Assembly (NCBI GenBank): GCA_013285805.1 | Contig: JABDGY010000003.1 | Span: 4,267 to 68,266 of the forward strand | DNA length: 64,000 nt | Direction: 5' to 3' | Origin: Bacteroidota bacterium | Lineage (GTDB): Bacteria > Bacteroidota > Bacteroidia > JABEUT01 | Shown here: piece by piece, positions 35,101 through 44,831 of the stretch | How positions within the stretch are numbered: the stretch's first letter is position 1 | How the letters are laid out: the number at the start of each line of letters is the position of its first letter | The notes under the pieces: model-generated | What the model saw: the letters and a program-made list of their open reading frames with translations, nothing else | The model's database searches: none | What the model was told of the DNA's origin: nothing | Program-made: the position numbers and the translations under genes

Positions 35101-35842
35101 ATTCGTGGCACTGGCAGGTTTGGTTGTGCGCAATGGTATATTGCTGGTAGAGTTTGCCGATATGCTTATGAAGCAGGGCTCAAACGCACTTGATGCAGCC
35201 ATAGAAGCAGGTAAGATTCGTATGACACCTGTACTTCTTACGGCTATTGCAGCCATACTCGGGCTTATACCGCTGGCAGTAGGTTTCAATATCGACTTTG
35301 TAACACTGTTCACCAATTTCAACCCGCATATTTTCTTCGGTGGCGATAGCGTTGCTTTCTGGGGCCCATTATCTTGGACAATGATATTTGGTTTGGGGTT
35401 TGCTACCTTCCTAACGCTTTTACTGGTACCCGTTATGTATTACGGATTAGATAAAGTACGCACATACAAATGGAGCAATGTTATGAAAGGAAGGATATTA
35501 AAAAATCCGTTCTCCTTCAAGGGTAGGATACGAAGAACTGAATACGTATTGTCTCTTATAATTATAATGGTAGCCAATGCCATTATAACGAAAGCGACTC
35601 AAGGTCAGTCTGTAATGGTTACTATGATATTAAAAAACATACTGGAAGGCCCCGTAGTGTGGTTTTTCCTGGCACAGGCAGCTAAAAGGTGTCATGATAT
35701 TGGCAAGAATGGTTGGTGGCAATTAATTCCGATTTGGAGCTTGCTTTTAATTGACCAGGCAGGGGATGAAGGAACTAATGAGTATGGAGAAAGCCCCAAA
35801 GGCAAAAAAGCTATAGAAGAAGAGTCGCTCCAACTGGTATAA
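32129..35842 (+). CDS. RND efflux permease (AcrB/HAE1-like) with in-frame C-terminal DUF805 domain
   Basis: The RND body runs to about residue 1110 (..LLLVPVMYYGLDKV). From the internal ATG at 35483, residues MKGRILKNPFSFKGRIRRTEY...KRCHDIGKNGWWQLIP...GTNEYGESP match DUF805 signatures. No stop codon lies between them. Confidence 0.85.
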   Translation: MKDIFKEFKPSSWAIDNRTSIYVITIMIILAGIIAYNNIPKEKFPDIQIPTVFVQTIYPGTSPSDMENLVTRHIEKQVKAISGVKKITSHSVQDYSAIVVEFNADVTVDDARQKVKDAVDKAKPDLPSDLPNPPGVMDINFADFPILFVNLSGDFDLAKLKKYADDLKDKIEAMPEITRVDEVGAMDREIQVNVDMYKMQAAQVTMGDIERAVASENLVISGGTVTMGNKERSLTVSGQFTNMSQVNNLIIRSMGGATVYLKDIAAVKDTAADAKSYARLDNNKVISLNIIKRSGANLIDASDKVQTAVKDMQTNIFPPNLHITITGDQSDQTRQTLHDLINTIIIGFLLVTIILMFFMGATNAIFVAMSVPLSMCLAFFVLPGIGFSMNMIVLFAFLLGLGIVVDDAIVVIENTHRIFDHGKVSIVTAAKSAAGEVFLPVLAGTATTLSPFIPLAFWPGIIGKFMHFMPVTLIITLTASLFVAYIINPVFAVTFMKAGDDDRGSKKNKWTKGTTITSISFIAVTLIFYSAGVPGMGNFALTLLAFYLLYRFVLIQWVYKFQHKTWPAFQERYTRLLKRSLRHPAFMLLLTVILFFGSIQLIKYRTPNVVFFPKGEPNMIDVYVSLPIGTDIHYTDSITHILEDRVYKVIGQNNPIVKSVITNVAIGATDPNDNDNGTYSNKSKIDVAFVDFSKRNGVSTAKYLDSIQKAVQGLPGVELSVDQEKNGPPTGKPINIEIRGDNYPQLVNTSQDLLHYLDSMNIPGVEELKSDLQKNKPEIVFDIDRERANYEGVSTGQIGSEIRTAVYGNEASKYRDQNDEYPIMIRYQRNQREDVNALKNLDITFRDMNMHGDIRQIPISTFANIHYGRTYGAITRLNEKPIITLSSNVLGGFNANQVVSQITAAIKNFHTPNGVAIELTGEQQDQKETQDFLSLALGIAVALIFVILISQFNSVAKPLIILSEVIFCVIGIILGFSITKMDISIVMCGLGFVALAGLVVRNGILLVEFADMLMKQGSNALDAAIEAGKIRMTPVLLTAIAAILGLIPLAVGFNIDFVTLFTNFNPHIFFGGDSVAFWGPLSWTMIFGLGFATFLTLLLVPVMYYGLDKVRTYKWSNVMKGRILKNPFSFKGRIRRTEYVLSLIIIMVANAIITKATQGQSVMVTMILKNILEGPVVWFFLAQAAKRCHDIGKNGWWQLIPIWSLLLIDQAGDEGTNEYGESPKGKKAIEEESLQLV

Positions 35843-35854
35843 GGGCTAATTTTC

Positions 35855-35862
35855 TAACTTTG
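35855..35862 (+). promoter_or_regulatory. Candidate -7 box TAACTTTG for ispG
   Basis: Matches TAnnTTTG and lies 14 nt before the ATG at 35877. Confidence 0.4.
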
Positions 35863-35876
35863 TAGAAAATACCTTC

Positions 35877-37829
35877 ATGTCAACTGAAACGGGCTTACAG
35901 GTGCTGAATTATTGTGAAAGCCTGACCTCATATATACGCCGTAAAAGCCGCGTGGTAAACATTGGTGATGTGCCGTTAGGTGGAGATTATCCCATCCGTG
36001 TGCAATCGATGACCACTACTGATACACTTGATACAATTGGTACGGTTGAACAAGCTATACGCATGATTGATGCCGGTTGCGAATATGTGCGTATTACGGC
36101 GCCCAGCCTGAAAGAAGCTGAGAACCTTCTGAACATTAAAAACGAGTTACGCAAAAGAGGATATAAAACTCCTTTGGTAGCCGATATACATTTTACGCCC
36201 AATGCTGCTGAGGTGGCTGCACGTATTGTAGAAAAAGTGCGTGTAAACCCCGGTAACTATGCCGACAAGAAAAAATTCGAGCATATTGAGTATACTGACG
36301 AAACCTACAATACTGAATTAGAAAGAATAAAGCAGCGTTTTGTTCCACTGATAAAAATATGTAAAGAGCACGGCACTGCTATGCGTATTGGTGCTAACCA
36401 TGGCTCGCTGAGCGACCGCATTATGAGCCGTTATGGCGATACCCCCTTGGGTATGGTTGAATCGGCATTGGAGTTTTTACGCATTTGTGAAGAACACGAT
36501 TATAAAGAGATAGTGCTTTCTATGAAGTCAAGCAACCCATTGGTAATGGTGCAGGCGTATAGGTTGCTCATAGAGAAGATGAATGCTGAGGGTATGAATT
36601 ATCCCCTGCACCTTGGTGTAACCGAAGCCGGAGAAGGAGAAGACGGAAGAATAAAATCTGCTGCAGGTATTGGTACATTATTAGAAGATGGTATTGGAGA
36701 TACAATTCGTGTATCGCTTACCGAAGACCCTGAATTTGAAATACCGGTGGCAAAAATGCTGGTGGGCCGATATAACGGCAGAGCCAAGCATGCACCTATT
36801 CCTCCTGTTAAAGAACTGCCTTATTCTCCAACCCAATATACAAGAAGGGAGACAAGAGAAACCGATAACATTGGTGGTAAAAATCACCCAAGGGTTATTG
36901 CCGACCTAAGTGGTAGAGAAGCTATTACACAAGCATCGTTATTTGGCATAGGGCATAACTATAATGCCAATTCAGGTGTTTGGAAAAGAACTGACCAGGG
37001 AGCAGATTATATTTACACGGGCAGTCAGCCTATTTCCTTCGCTCTGCCTGATACGTTGAAAGCAATTTATGATGCGGAGGTGTGGAAGAAGGCAAAACAA
37101 GCTCATTCTTATCCTTTCTTCAGTAGTGTGGATGAATATGCTGCATCGAATGAAAAATCGGGTGAGTTGAATTTTGTAAGCCTTAAAATAGGTGACATTG
37201 CAAACAGTGCTTTTGATAAACTGAACAATGACAAAACATTGATTTGGGTTGCGGAGACAAACAACCTGCATGCCATGGCAGAAGAAAGAAGAATTTTCAT
37301 TGAACTTCTTTCAAAAAAATATGATACCCCGGTTATTATTAAAAGAGAGTATTCTACTTCGTCAGAAGATGAGGTGAGGCTTTATTCTGCTACCGATGCT
37401 GGCGCTTTGCTGATTGACGGAGTTGGAGAAGGTATATGGCTGAAAGCTACTATACCGGCCAAAAGCCTGAACAGTATTGCATTTGGCATATTACAAGCGA
37501 CACGCACACGTATATCAAAAACAGAATATATTTCATGCCCATCGTGCGGCAGAACGTTATTTAATTTACAACAGGTAACGGCACAAATACACCAGCGCAC
37601 ATCGCATTTAGTGGGAGTCAAGATTGGCATTATGGGTTGCGTAGTAAATGGTCCCGGTGAAATGGCTGATGCGGATTATGGTTATGTAGGAACGGGAGTA
37701 GGTAAAATAACATTATATAAAGGCAAGGAAGTTGTGCAGCGTAATATTGCCTCGGAACAGGCGGTTGACGCGCTTATTGCTCTTATTAAAGAAAACGGCG
37801 ACTGGGTAGAGAAACCATCGGAAAGCTAA
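35877..37829 (+). CDS. ispG: 4-hydroxy-3-methylbut-2-en-1-yl diphosphate synthase (long form with insert domain)
   Basis: 650 aa with the GcpE blocks VQSMTTTDT, RVNPGNY and a C-terminal 4Fe-4S CPSCGRT...GCVVNGPGE. A large central insert is present, as in Bacteroidota/plant-type IspG. Confidence 0.92.
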   Translation: MSTETGLQVLNYCESLTSYIRRKSRVVNIGDVPLGGDYPIRVQSMTTTDTLDTIGTVEQAIRMIDAGCEYVRITAPSLKEAENLLNIKNELRKRGYKTPLVADIHFTPNAAEVAARIVEKVRVNPGNYADKKKFEHIEYTDETYNTELERIKQRFVPLIKICKEHGTAMRIGANHGSLSDRIMSRYGDTPLGMVESALEFLRICEEHDYKEIVLSMKSSNPLVMVQAYRLLIEKMNAEGMNYPLHLGVTEAGEGEDGRIKSAAGIGTLLEDGIGDTIRVSLTEDPEFEIPVAKMLVGRYNGRAKHAPIPPVKELPYSPTQYTRRETRETDNIGGKNHPRVIADLSGREAITQASLFGIGHNYNANSGVWKRTDQGADYIYTGSQPISFALPDTLKAIYDAEVWKKAKQAHSYPFFSSVDEYAASNEKSGELNFVSLKIGDIANSAFDKLNNDKTLIWVAETNNLHAMAEERRIFIELLSKKYDTPVIIKREYSTSSEDEVRLYSATDAGALLIDGVGEGIWLKATIPAKSLNSIAFGILQATRTRISKTEYISCPSCGRTLFNLQQVTAQIHQRTSHLVGVKIGIMGCVVNGPGEMADADYGYVGTGVGKITLYKGKEVVQRNIASEQAVDALIALIKENGDWVEKPSES

Positions 37830-37839
37830 CTTTTTACGG

Positions 37840-38955
37840 GTGAATAGTTATTCAAAAAAGTATTTCAGCAACCTTGATGCAACACGGTTTCTGTCGTGCC
37901 TAACCGTATTCCTTCACCATACTATACTTAAAAGTAACGACGGTTCATCGGGCAGTCTTTACAAGTATTATGACACCAACCTTAGCCGCGAGTTTGTAAT
38001 AGGGCTCGATTATTATGTTGTGCTCTCAGGCTTTCTCATTAGCTGGGTAATACTGGAGGAATATAAGTTCACATCAAAATTCAATTTAGGCAATTACTAT
38101 GTAAGGCGCATACTACGCACATGGCCGCTTTACTTTTTACTTATAGGATTAGGCTACGGATTAATATGGTTTGCAAGGCAAAAAGGGTTTACGGTTCATG
38201 ATATGCCTCCGCCTCAATACTTATTCACCTTCACCCTTAATTTCTACATTTTAAAATATGGCATGGCATTTTTGTTCTTCATTGCCTTTTTGTGGAGCAT
38301 TTGTGTGGAGGAGCAGTTTTATGCCCTCTGGGGTATATTGCTGAAATGGGGAAGAAAATATTTTTCATTGTTGTGCGTCTTGCTTATTGCAGTTTCGCTC
38401 GTCTTCCGTATGATGAACAGGGATGTGCCGGGTGGGTTATTTTTCAATTCACTTAATTGGGCATCGAACTTTGCCATTGGCGGGCTTATGGCCGAATTCT
38501 GTATGAAGGGAGGCAAGTGGTTTGAGAAACTGAAACAAACTCCGAAAGTGGCAATAGCATGTGTATATGCGCTCTTTATTCTTAATGTTATTTTTTACCC
38601 GGAAATATATTCAACTCCTCTTATGGAAGTTTTCGAAAGACTAATGATAACATTGTTTTTTGCATTTATGATATTCGAACAGAGTTTTTGCAATAAGCAT
38701 CTATTTGAGCTGGGTAAGTCGAAAACAATGAGTTATATGGGCAAAATAGCTTACGGCCTTTTCTGTTTCCATGGCCCTGTAACACTGCTGTTTGAGAAGG
38801 TTACAGAACGAACAGGGTGGATGAATAATAATATAACTGTGTTTATCATCAATCCCCTTATTATTTTTGCAGTCACCTTAGGTATATCGGCTATCAGTTA
38901 TAAATATCTTGAAAAGCCAATTATGGCACTCAGGTATAAATTAAAAGCGGCATGA
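37840..38955 (+). CDS. Acyltransferase family 3 (OafA/OatA-like) membrane protein
   Basis: 371 aa with about 10 TM helices and a GTG start. The N-terminus LDATRFLSCLTVFLHH and the block RILRTWPLYF are typical of acyltransferase_3. Confidence 0.75.
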   Translation: MNSYSKKYFSNLDATRFLSCLTVFLHHTILKSNDGSSGSLYKYYDTNLSREFVIGLDYYVVLSGFLISWVILEEYKFTSKFNLGNYYVRRILRTWPLYFLLIGLGYGLIWFARQKGFTVHDMPPPQYLFTFTLNFYILKYGMAFLFFIAFLWSICVEEQFYALWGILLKWGRKYFSLLCVLLIAVSLVFRMMNRDVPGGLFFNSLNWASNFAIGGLMAEFCMKGGKWFEKLKQTPKVAIACVYALFILNVIFYPEIYSTPLMEVFERLMITLFFAFMIFEQSFCNKHLFELGKSKTMSYMGKIAYGLFCFHGPVTLLFEKVTERTGWMNNNITVFIINPLIIFAVTLGISAISYKYLEKPIMALRYKLKAA

Positions 38956-39656
38956 ATGCTATAAAAAGAAATATTCCCAATGCAATAACGGCCCTGAACC
39001 TGCTTTTTGGTTGCATTGCTATAGTGTTCATATTCCAGAACAGGTTGGCAGAGGCATCGTGGATGGTAATATTTGCCGCTGTGGCCGATTTCTTCGACGG
39101 GCTTGTGGCAAGGCTACTTAACGTGAGCTCGCCTATAGGTAAAGAATTAGATTCATTGTGTGATGTGGTATCATTTGGTGTAGCGCCGGGAATGATGATA
39201 TATCAGTTAATTAATGATGCACCCTATAGCTGGATTGGTTTGCTCGTACCCATATTCGGTGCTATACGCCTCGCCCGTTTTAATATAGATACCCGTCAGA
39301 CTACCTATTTCATTGGCTTACCTATTCCCGCAAATGCATTACTGATTGCCTCTTTCCCGCTCATTATAGAAAACAATAATGCTTTCGGCAGCCTCTACTA
39401 TTCTAACATACATTTTGTGTGTTGGTTCTTTTCCATACTGGCAATAGTTTGCTCAGTGCTTATGGTCTCTACCATTAAATTGTTCTCCATGAAGGTGAAG
39501 AATATGTCGTGGACTGCAAATAAGGTACGCTACATGCTTCTTATACTTTCCCTGGCCTCTATTATTGGTTTAGGTTATGCAGGCGTGCCTATTATAATTG
39601 CTCTCTACATTCTTCTTTCACTTTTTGCCAAACCTGATAAAGAAGCGCATGAGTAA
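38952..39656 (+). CDS. pssA: CDP-diacylglycerol--serine O-phosphatidyltransferase
   Basis: It carries the CDP-alcohol phosphatidyltransferase motif DFFDGLVARLLNVSSPIGKELDSLCDVVSFG. The size and TM pattern fit bacterial type II PssA. Confidence 0.8.
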   Translation: MNAIKRNIPNAITALNLLFGCIAIVFIFQNRLAEASWMVIFAAVADFFDGLVARLLNVSSPIGKELDSLCDVVSFGVAPGMMIYQLINDAPYSWIGLLVPIFGAIRLARFNIDTRQTTYFIGLPIPANALLIASFPLIIENNNAFGSLYYSNIHFVCWFFSILAIVCSVLMVSTIKLFSMKVKNMSWTANKVRYMLLILSLASIIGLGYAGVPIIIALYILLSLFAKPDKEAHE

Positions 39657-40551
39657 AAAAGTGTGTTTTATAATTAATCCTGTTTCAGGAACGGGAAGCT
39701 GGAAGGGAATAGAGGAAAACATTGAAAAATACCTTGACCCCTCTTTCAGCAGGGTTGTGTTCTTCACAGAATATGCGGGCCATGCTATTGAACTTGCCAA
39801 CGATGCTTCTAAAACCTGCGATGTGGTTGTTGCTGTTGGTGGCGATGGTATGATGAACGAAGTGGCGCGTGGGATAATAGGTACTAAAGCAGCACTGGCT
39901 ATTGTACCAGCCGGTTCAGGTAATGCACTGGCAAGGCACCTGGAAATTCCTTTAACACACAAGGGAGCGATAGAATGCATTAACAAAATGAACACCCGTG
40001 TTATAGATACCGCAACTATGAACGATGAGGATTTCTTTGCGGTATGCGGTACGGGTTATGATGCAGAAGTAGCTAACAAATTTGCAGAAAGCTCCAAACG
40101 TGGCTTTCTCACTTACGTAACCCTTGCCATGAAAAATTACTTTTCTTACAAGCCTGCTACATATGATATTATAATAGATGGCAATGCTATGCAGAAAAAA
40201 GCATTTCTTATAAGCATTGCAAACGGCAGCCAATATGGCAACAATGCCCATATAGCGCCTAAGGCATCAACCCGCGATGGTATGCTCGATGTTTGCATAT
40301 TAAAACCATTTCCGCTTATAGTTGCGCCTATACTTGCCTTAAGGCTATTTGGCTGGTCGCTCGATAATTCACCTTATATGGATGTAGTGCGTGGGCGAAG
40401 CATACATATACGTAATGCTGACAGGCACACTCCTTTGTGTGTACACTATGATGGTGAGCCCGCAGGAACTACAGATGAGATTAGGGTTGAGGTTGCACCA
40501 AGGACTTTAACCGTTGTTGCGCCGGAGAAGAAACAGAAAACTCATTTGTAG
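39649..40551 (+). CDS. Diacylglycerol-kinase-family lipid kinase (YegS/BmrU-like)
   Basis: It has the blocks MSKKVCFIINPVSGTG and VAVGGDGMMNEV (GGDG). Its ATG overlaps the pssA stop (ATGAGTAA). Confidence 0.8.
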   Translation: MSKKVCFIINPVSGTGSWKGIEENIEKYLDPSFSRVVFFTEYAGHAIELANDASKTCDVVVAVGGDGMMNEVARGIIGTKAALAIVPAGSGNALARHLEIPLTHKGAIECINKMNTRVIDTATMNDEDFFAVCGTGYDAEVANKFAESSKRGFLTYVTLAMKNYFSYKPATYDIIIDGNAMQKKAFLISIANGSQYGNNAHIAPKASTRDGMLDVCILKPFPLIVAPILALRLFGWSLDNSPYMDVVRGRSIHIRNADRHTPLCVHYDGEPAGTTDEIRVEVAPRTLTVVAPEKKQKTHL

Positions 40552-41129
40552 TTTATCTTCATTACTTCTTCTAACGTTCGCCCCTTCTTATCAAACAATA
40601 AAGTCAGGTTAGTTTTAAACGGAGGTTGGGCAATTTCCATCTCCCAACCCCTTTTAATTTGAGGAAAAGCCTCCGACATTTTTACGAGAAATTGATACCA
40701 TCCCTTTGTACCTTCGTTAATGCCAAAACTGAAAGTATTCAGATAAAACACGTCAAGGCAAATACAATCTGTGGTCATTCTGTCTCTCTTATACGCAATT
40801 ATGGTTTCAATATCCAACCATTTCACTATACATGCACCATCCTTAAAGTTTGCAGTAACCCCATCTTCTTGATATGTAAAAATTCCGGTATCATTGAATC
40901 TTACATCAAAAGGCAAATTCTCATATTCTTCTATTTCCTTTAACTTAATATATCGTGAAGAGCTTAGCAGGGAAATAAGAACTCCTATTGCAAGGAGGCC
41001 AATCGACCAGGCAAAAAACCATATTTGTAGCTTGAAAAAACAAATTGCAAGTAAGAAAAAAAGAATAGCCACAGCGATACTCTTGACTCTACGTTTACGT
41101 ATCAGTACTTTTTTCTTGCCTTCCTCCAT
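40542..41129 (-). CDS. Hypothetical membrane-anchored protein
   Basis: 195 aa with a basic N-terminus, two TM helices and a soluble domain. No family was recognised. Confidence 0.55.
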   Translation of the reverse strand: MEEGKKKVLIRKRRVKSIAVAILFFLLAICFFKLQIWFFAWSIGLLAIGVLISLLSSSRYIKLKEIEEYENLPFDVRFNDTGIFTYQEDGVTANFKDGACIVKWLDIETIIAYKRDRMTTDCICLDVFYLNTFSFGINEGTKGWYQFLVKMSEAFPQIKRGWEMEIAQPPFKTNLTLLFDKKGRTLEEVMKINYK

Positions 41130-41150
41130 GCAAGGGCGTTATTTACAAAA

Positions 41151-44100
41151 TCAAAAATAACTCAGGTTAGGCCTCATCCATCTTTCTATATCCTCAACAC
41201 TCATGCCCTTACGTTTGGCATAGTCTTCTATCTGTTCTTTGTTAATCTTGCCCAATGCAAAGTAATGTGATTGCGGATGTGCAAAATATAAACCACTTAC
41301 GGCCGCTGTAGGATACATAGCCATGCTGTCGGTTAGTTGTATTCCGGTGTTCTTCTCTACTTCCAATAAATTAAAGTGGAGAATCTTTTCAGTATGATCG
41401 GGCGATGCAGGATAGCCCGGTGCCGGGCGAATGCCTACATATTCTTCTTTTATCAATTGTTCGTTGCTCAGCTTTTCATCTGCCATATAACCCCAAATCT
41501 CCTTACGTACTTTTTCATGCAACAGTTCTGCAAAAGCTTCAGCGAGCCTGTCGGCGATAGCCTTTATCATTATGCTGCTATAATCGTCGTGCTCGCCTTC
41601 AAATTTCTTAATCCACTTTTCAATACCTATACCAGCGGTAACTGCAAAGCCTCCTATATAATCTTCCCTACCGGAATCTTTAGGTGCAATAAAATCTGCT
41701 AAGGCAACATTATTCTGTCCTTCAGCTTTTTTAGTTTGCTGGCGCAGTGAATGCAATACTGTTTTTACCTGTTTGCGGGTATCATCAGTATAAACTTCAA
41801 TATCATCCTCATTAACTGTGTTTGCAGGATAAAAACCAATTACCCCTTTTGCAGTGAGCCATCTTTCAGCAATAATCTTCGAGAGCATCTTCTGTGCATC
41901 ATCAAACAGCTTTTTTGCTTCAACGCCACGTTCTGGGTCGCTGAATATTTTCGGGTAGCTTCCCTTCATCTCCCATGCATGGAAGAATGGGGTCCAGTCA
42001 ACGTATGTTGCTATTTCAGCTAACGGATAATCTGAAAACACTTTGTTGCCAATAGTAGTTGGTTTCTTTATGGGAACAGTTTTCCAATCGCTTTTAAATT
42101 TATTGGCACGGGCTTCAGCCAATCTTATAAACTTATCCTGCGCTTGTTTATTAAAATGCTGTTTGCGCAGTCCCTCATATTCCAGGTTAATCTTATCCAC
42201 ATATACCTGCTTGGCTTCTGACAAAAGGCTGCTGGCCACATTCACTGCTCGCGATGCGTCGTTTACATATACAACAGGTTCGTTGTATTCAGGCGATATT
42301 TTCACAGCCGTGTGTATCTTGGATGTAGTTGCGCCGCCAATCAGCAAAGGAATGTTAAGGTTTTGCCTTTTCATTTCTTTAGCAATATGCACCATTTCAT
42401 CCAGCGATGGAGTAATAAGACCACTTATACCTATGATGTCAACATTTTCCTTTATTGCAGCCTCCAGTATCTTCTCACAAGGCACCATCACACCAAGATC
42501 AATGACTTTATAATTGTTGCAACCCAGCACAACGCCCACAATATTTTTTCCAATATCGTGTACATCGCCTTTAACAGTTGCCATTAATATTTTACCAACC
42601 GCCTTTGCCCTTTCCGATTTCTCAGCCTCCATGAACGGAGTTAAATATGCCACCGATTTTTTCATTACACGGGCGCTCTTCACCACCTGCGGCAGAAACA
42701 TTTTACCTGAGCCGAATAAATCACCTACTATGCTCATGCCCGCCATCAACGGGCCTTCAATCACTTCCAGTGCACGTTTATATTTCTTACGTACCTCTTC
42801 CGTGTCTTCATCAATATAATCGGTAATACCTTTTACGAGTGCATGTGATAAACGCTCTTCCACCGGCAACTTTCTCCATTCCTCATCTTTTTCTACTTTC
42901 TTTCCGGCACTTTTTACAGTCTCCGCATAGGTCAATAGTTTCTCGGTTGCATCATCCTTACGGTTGAGCAATACATCTTCTACCAGTACAAGCAAATCTT
43001 TCGGTATCTCGTCATAAATCTGCAACATACCTGGGTTTACAATACCCATATCCATGCCGGCTTTCACAGCATGATAAAGAAAAGCAGAGTGTATAGCTTC
43101 CCTAACGGTATCGTTACCACGGAAAGAGAATGACACATTACTTACTCCACCGCTTACTTTTGCATAGGGTAGATTTTTCTTTATCCATGCTGTAGCTTCA
43201 AAAAAGTCGAGTGCATTACGTTTATGCTCGTCCATACCTGTAGCCACAGGGAATATGTTCGGGTCGAAAATAATATCCTGCGGAGCGAAGCCAACTTCTT
43301 TGGTAAGTATATCGTAACCCCTTTTGCATATTTCAATTCTGCGTGCCAGTGTATCTGCCTGTCCTTTTTCATCGAACGCCATCACCACTGTTGCAGCACC
43401 ATATTTCTTAATCAGTCTTGCATGTTTCTTAAATACCTCTTCACCTTCTTTAAGGCTTATGGAGTTCACAATACCTTTCCCCTGCAGGCATTTTAATCCC
43501 GCCTCAATTACTTCCCATTTCGATGAATCGACCATTATGGGCAACCGTGCAATATCGGGTTCCGCGGCAACAAGGTTTAAATACTTAACCATGGCAGCTT
43601 TAGAATCTATCATGGCCTCGTCCATGTTAATATCAATCACCTGCGCACCACCTTCCACCTGGTCGCGGGCAATGGCAAGGGCGCCTTCATAATCACCCGA
43701 AGTAATGTGGCGCGAGAATTTTTTTGAACCTGTAATATTGGTACGCTCACCGATGTTCATGAAGTTACTGCCCGGAAATAACGTAACAGCTTCCAGTCCA
43801 CTTAAATGGAAAAGCGTGTCAGCTTCCAGTTTTTTGTGCGGCGTGGCTTTAGCAGCAGCGTTGGCAATTGCCTTAATGTGGTCTGGCGTAGTTCCGCAAC
43901 AACCACCAATAATATTCACGAAACCGTTTTTCAGAAAATCGGTAACAAGAGTACACATGGTTTCCGGTGTCTCATCGTATTCACCGAACTGGTTAGGCAA
44001 ACCTGCATTGGGATAGCAGCTTATGTAATATGGCGCTTTGGTAGCCATTTCTTCCAGGTATGGCCTCATTTCTTTTGCGCCCAGTGCACAGTTCAATCCA

Positions 44101-44825
44101 ATACTCAACAGGTTTTCATGTCGCACCGAAGTTAAAAACGCCTCTACAGTTTGGCCCGATAATGTTCTGCCGCTGGCATCGGTAATTGTAACCGAAACCA
44201 TTATAGGCAAACGCTTGCCCGATTTCTCGAAATAGGTTTCAATAGCAAATAATGCAGCTTTAGCATTTAAGCTATCGAATATAGTTTCAACTAAAAGTAA
44301 ATCTGCCCCGCCGTCAACTAAGCCTTTAATTTGTTCAGTATATGCGTTGGCCACATCATCGAATGTAACCGCCCTGTATCCCGGGTCATTCACATCGGGC
44401 GATAATGATGCAGTTTTGTTCGTCGGGCCCAATGCCCCTGCAACAAATCGTGGTTTAGCGGGATTCTTTTTAGAATATTCCGTTGCAATCTTCTTCGCAA
44501 TCTTAGCCGATTCTAAATTCAACTCGTAGGTTAAACTCTCCATGTGGTAATCGGCCAGCGAAAGCGGGTTAGCATTGAACGTATTAGTTTCAATAATATC
44601 GGCTCCTGCTTCTAAATATGCAGCATGAATCTCTTCTATCATCTTTGGCTTGGTGATAGAAAATAAATCATTATTCCCTTTAACGGAGTATTTATAATCT
44701 TTAAAACGCTCCCCGCGATAATCTTCTTCAGTCGGCTTATACCGCTGAATCATGGTGCCCATGGCACCATCTATCACAAGTATGCGTTTTTCCAGTTCCT
44801 TTTCTATATTAAAGTCGTTAGTCAT
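41151..44825 (-). CDS. metH: Cobalamin-dependent methionine synthase
   Basis: 1224 aa with Hcy-binding, pterin-binding, B12-binding ([11 protein letters not shown]) and AdoMet-activation domains in the canonical order. Confidence 0.95.
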   Translation of the reverse strand: MTNDFNIEKELEKRILVIDGAMGTMIQRYKPTEEDYRGERFKDYKYSVKGNNDLFSITKPKMIEEIHAAYLEAGADIIETNTFNANPLSLADYHMESLTYELNLESAKIAKKIATEYSKKNPAKPRFVAGALGPTNKTASLSPDVNDPGYRAVTFDDVANAYTEQIKGLVDGGADLLLVETIFDSLNAKAALFAIETYFEKSGKRLPIMVSVTITDASGRTLSGQTVEAFLTSVRHENLLSIGLNCALGAKEMRPYLEEMATKAPYYISCYPNAGLPNQFGEYDETPETMCTLVTDFLKNGFVNIIGGCCGTTPDHIKAIANAAAKATPHKKLEADTLFHLSGLEAVTLFPGSNFMNIGERTNITGSKKFSRHITSGDYEGALAIARDQVEGGAQVIDINMDEAMIDSKAAMVKYLNLVAAEPDIARLPIMVDSSKWEVIEAGLKCLQGKGIVNSISLKEGEEVFKKHARLIKKYGAATVVMAFDEKGQADTLARRIEICKRGYDILTKEVGFAPQDIIFDPNIFPVATGMDEHKRNALDFFEATAWIKKNLPYAKVSGGVSNVSFSFRGNDTVREAIHSAFLYHAVKAGMDMGIVNPGMLQIYDEIPKDLLVLVEDVLLNRKDDATEKLLTYAETVKSAGKKVEKDEEWRKLPVEERLSHALVKGITDYIDEDTEEVRKKYKRALEVIEGPLMAGMSIVGDLFGSGKMFLPQVVKSARVMKKSVAYLTPFMEAEKSERAKAVGKILMATVKGDVHDIGKNIVGVVLGCNNYKVIDLGVMVPCEKILEAAIKENVDIIGISGLITPSLDEMVHIAKEMKRQNLNIPLLIGGATTSKIHTAVKISPEYNEPVVYVNDASRAVNVASSLLSEAKQVYVDKINLEYEGLRKQHFNKQAQDKFIRLAEARANKFKSDWKTVPIKKPTTIGNKVFSDYPLAEIATYVDWTPFFHAWEMKGSYPKIFSDPERGVEAKKLFDDAQKMLSKIIAERWLTAKGVIGFYPANTVNEDDIEVYTDDTRKQVKTVLHSLRQQTKKAEGQNNVALADFIAPKDSGREDYIGGFAVTAGIGIEKWIKKFEGEHDDYSSIMIKAIADRLAEAFAELLHEKVRKEIWGYMADEKLSNEQLIKEEYVGIRPAPGYPASPDHTEKILHFNLLEVEKNTGIQLTDSMAMYPTAAVSGLYFAHPQSHYFALGKINKEQIEDYAKRKGMSVEDIERWMRPNLSYF

Positions 44826-44831
44826 AAGTCG

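Noticed and set aside
44826-44831. Looked for a cobalamin riboswitch upstream of metH, plus SAM, TPP or biotin-related leaders near bioF and metH
   Set aside because: metH starts 6 nt after trpS, and bioF overlaps the upstream gene. There is no leader space and no riboswitch core motif was seen.
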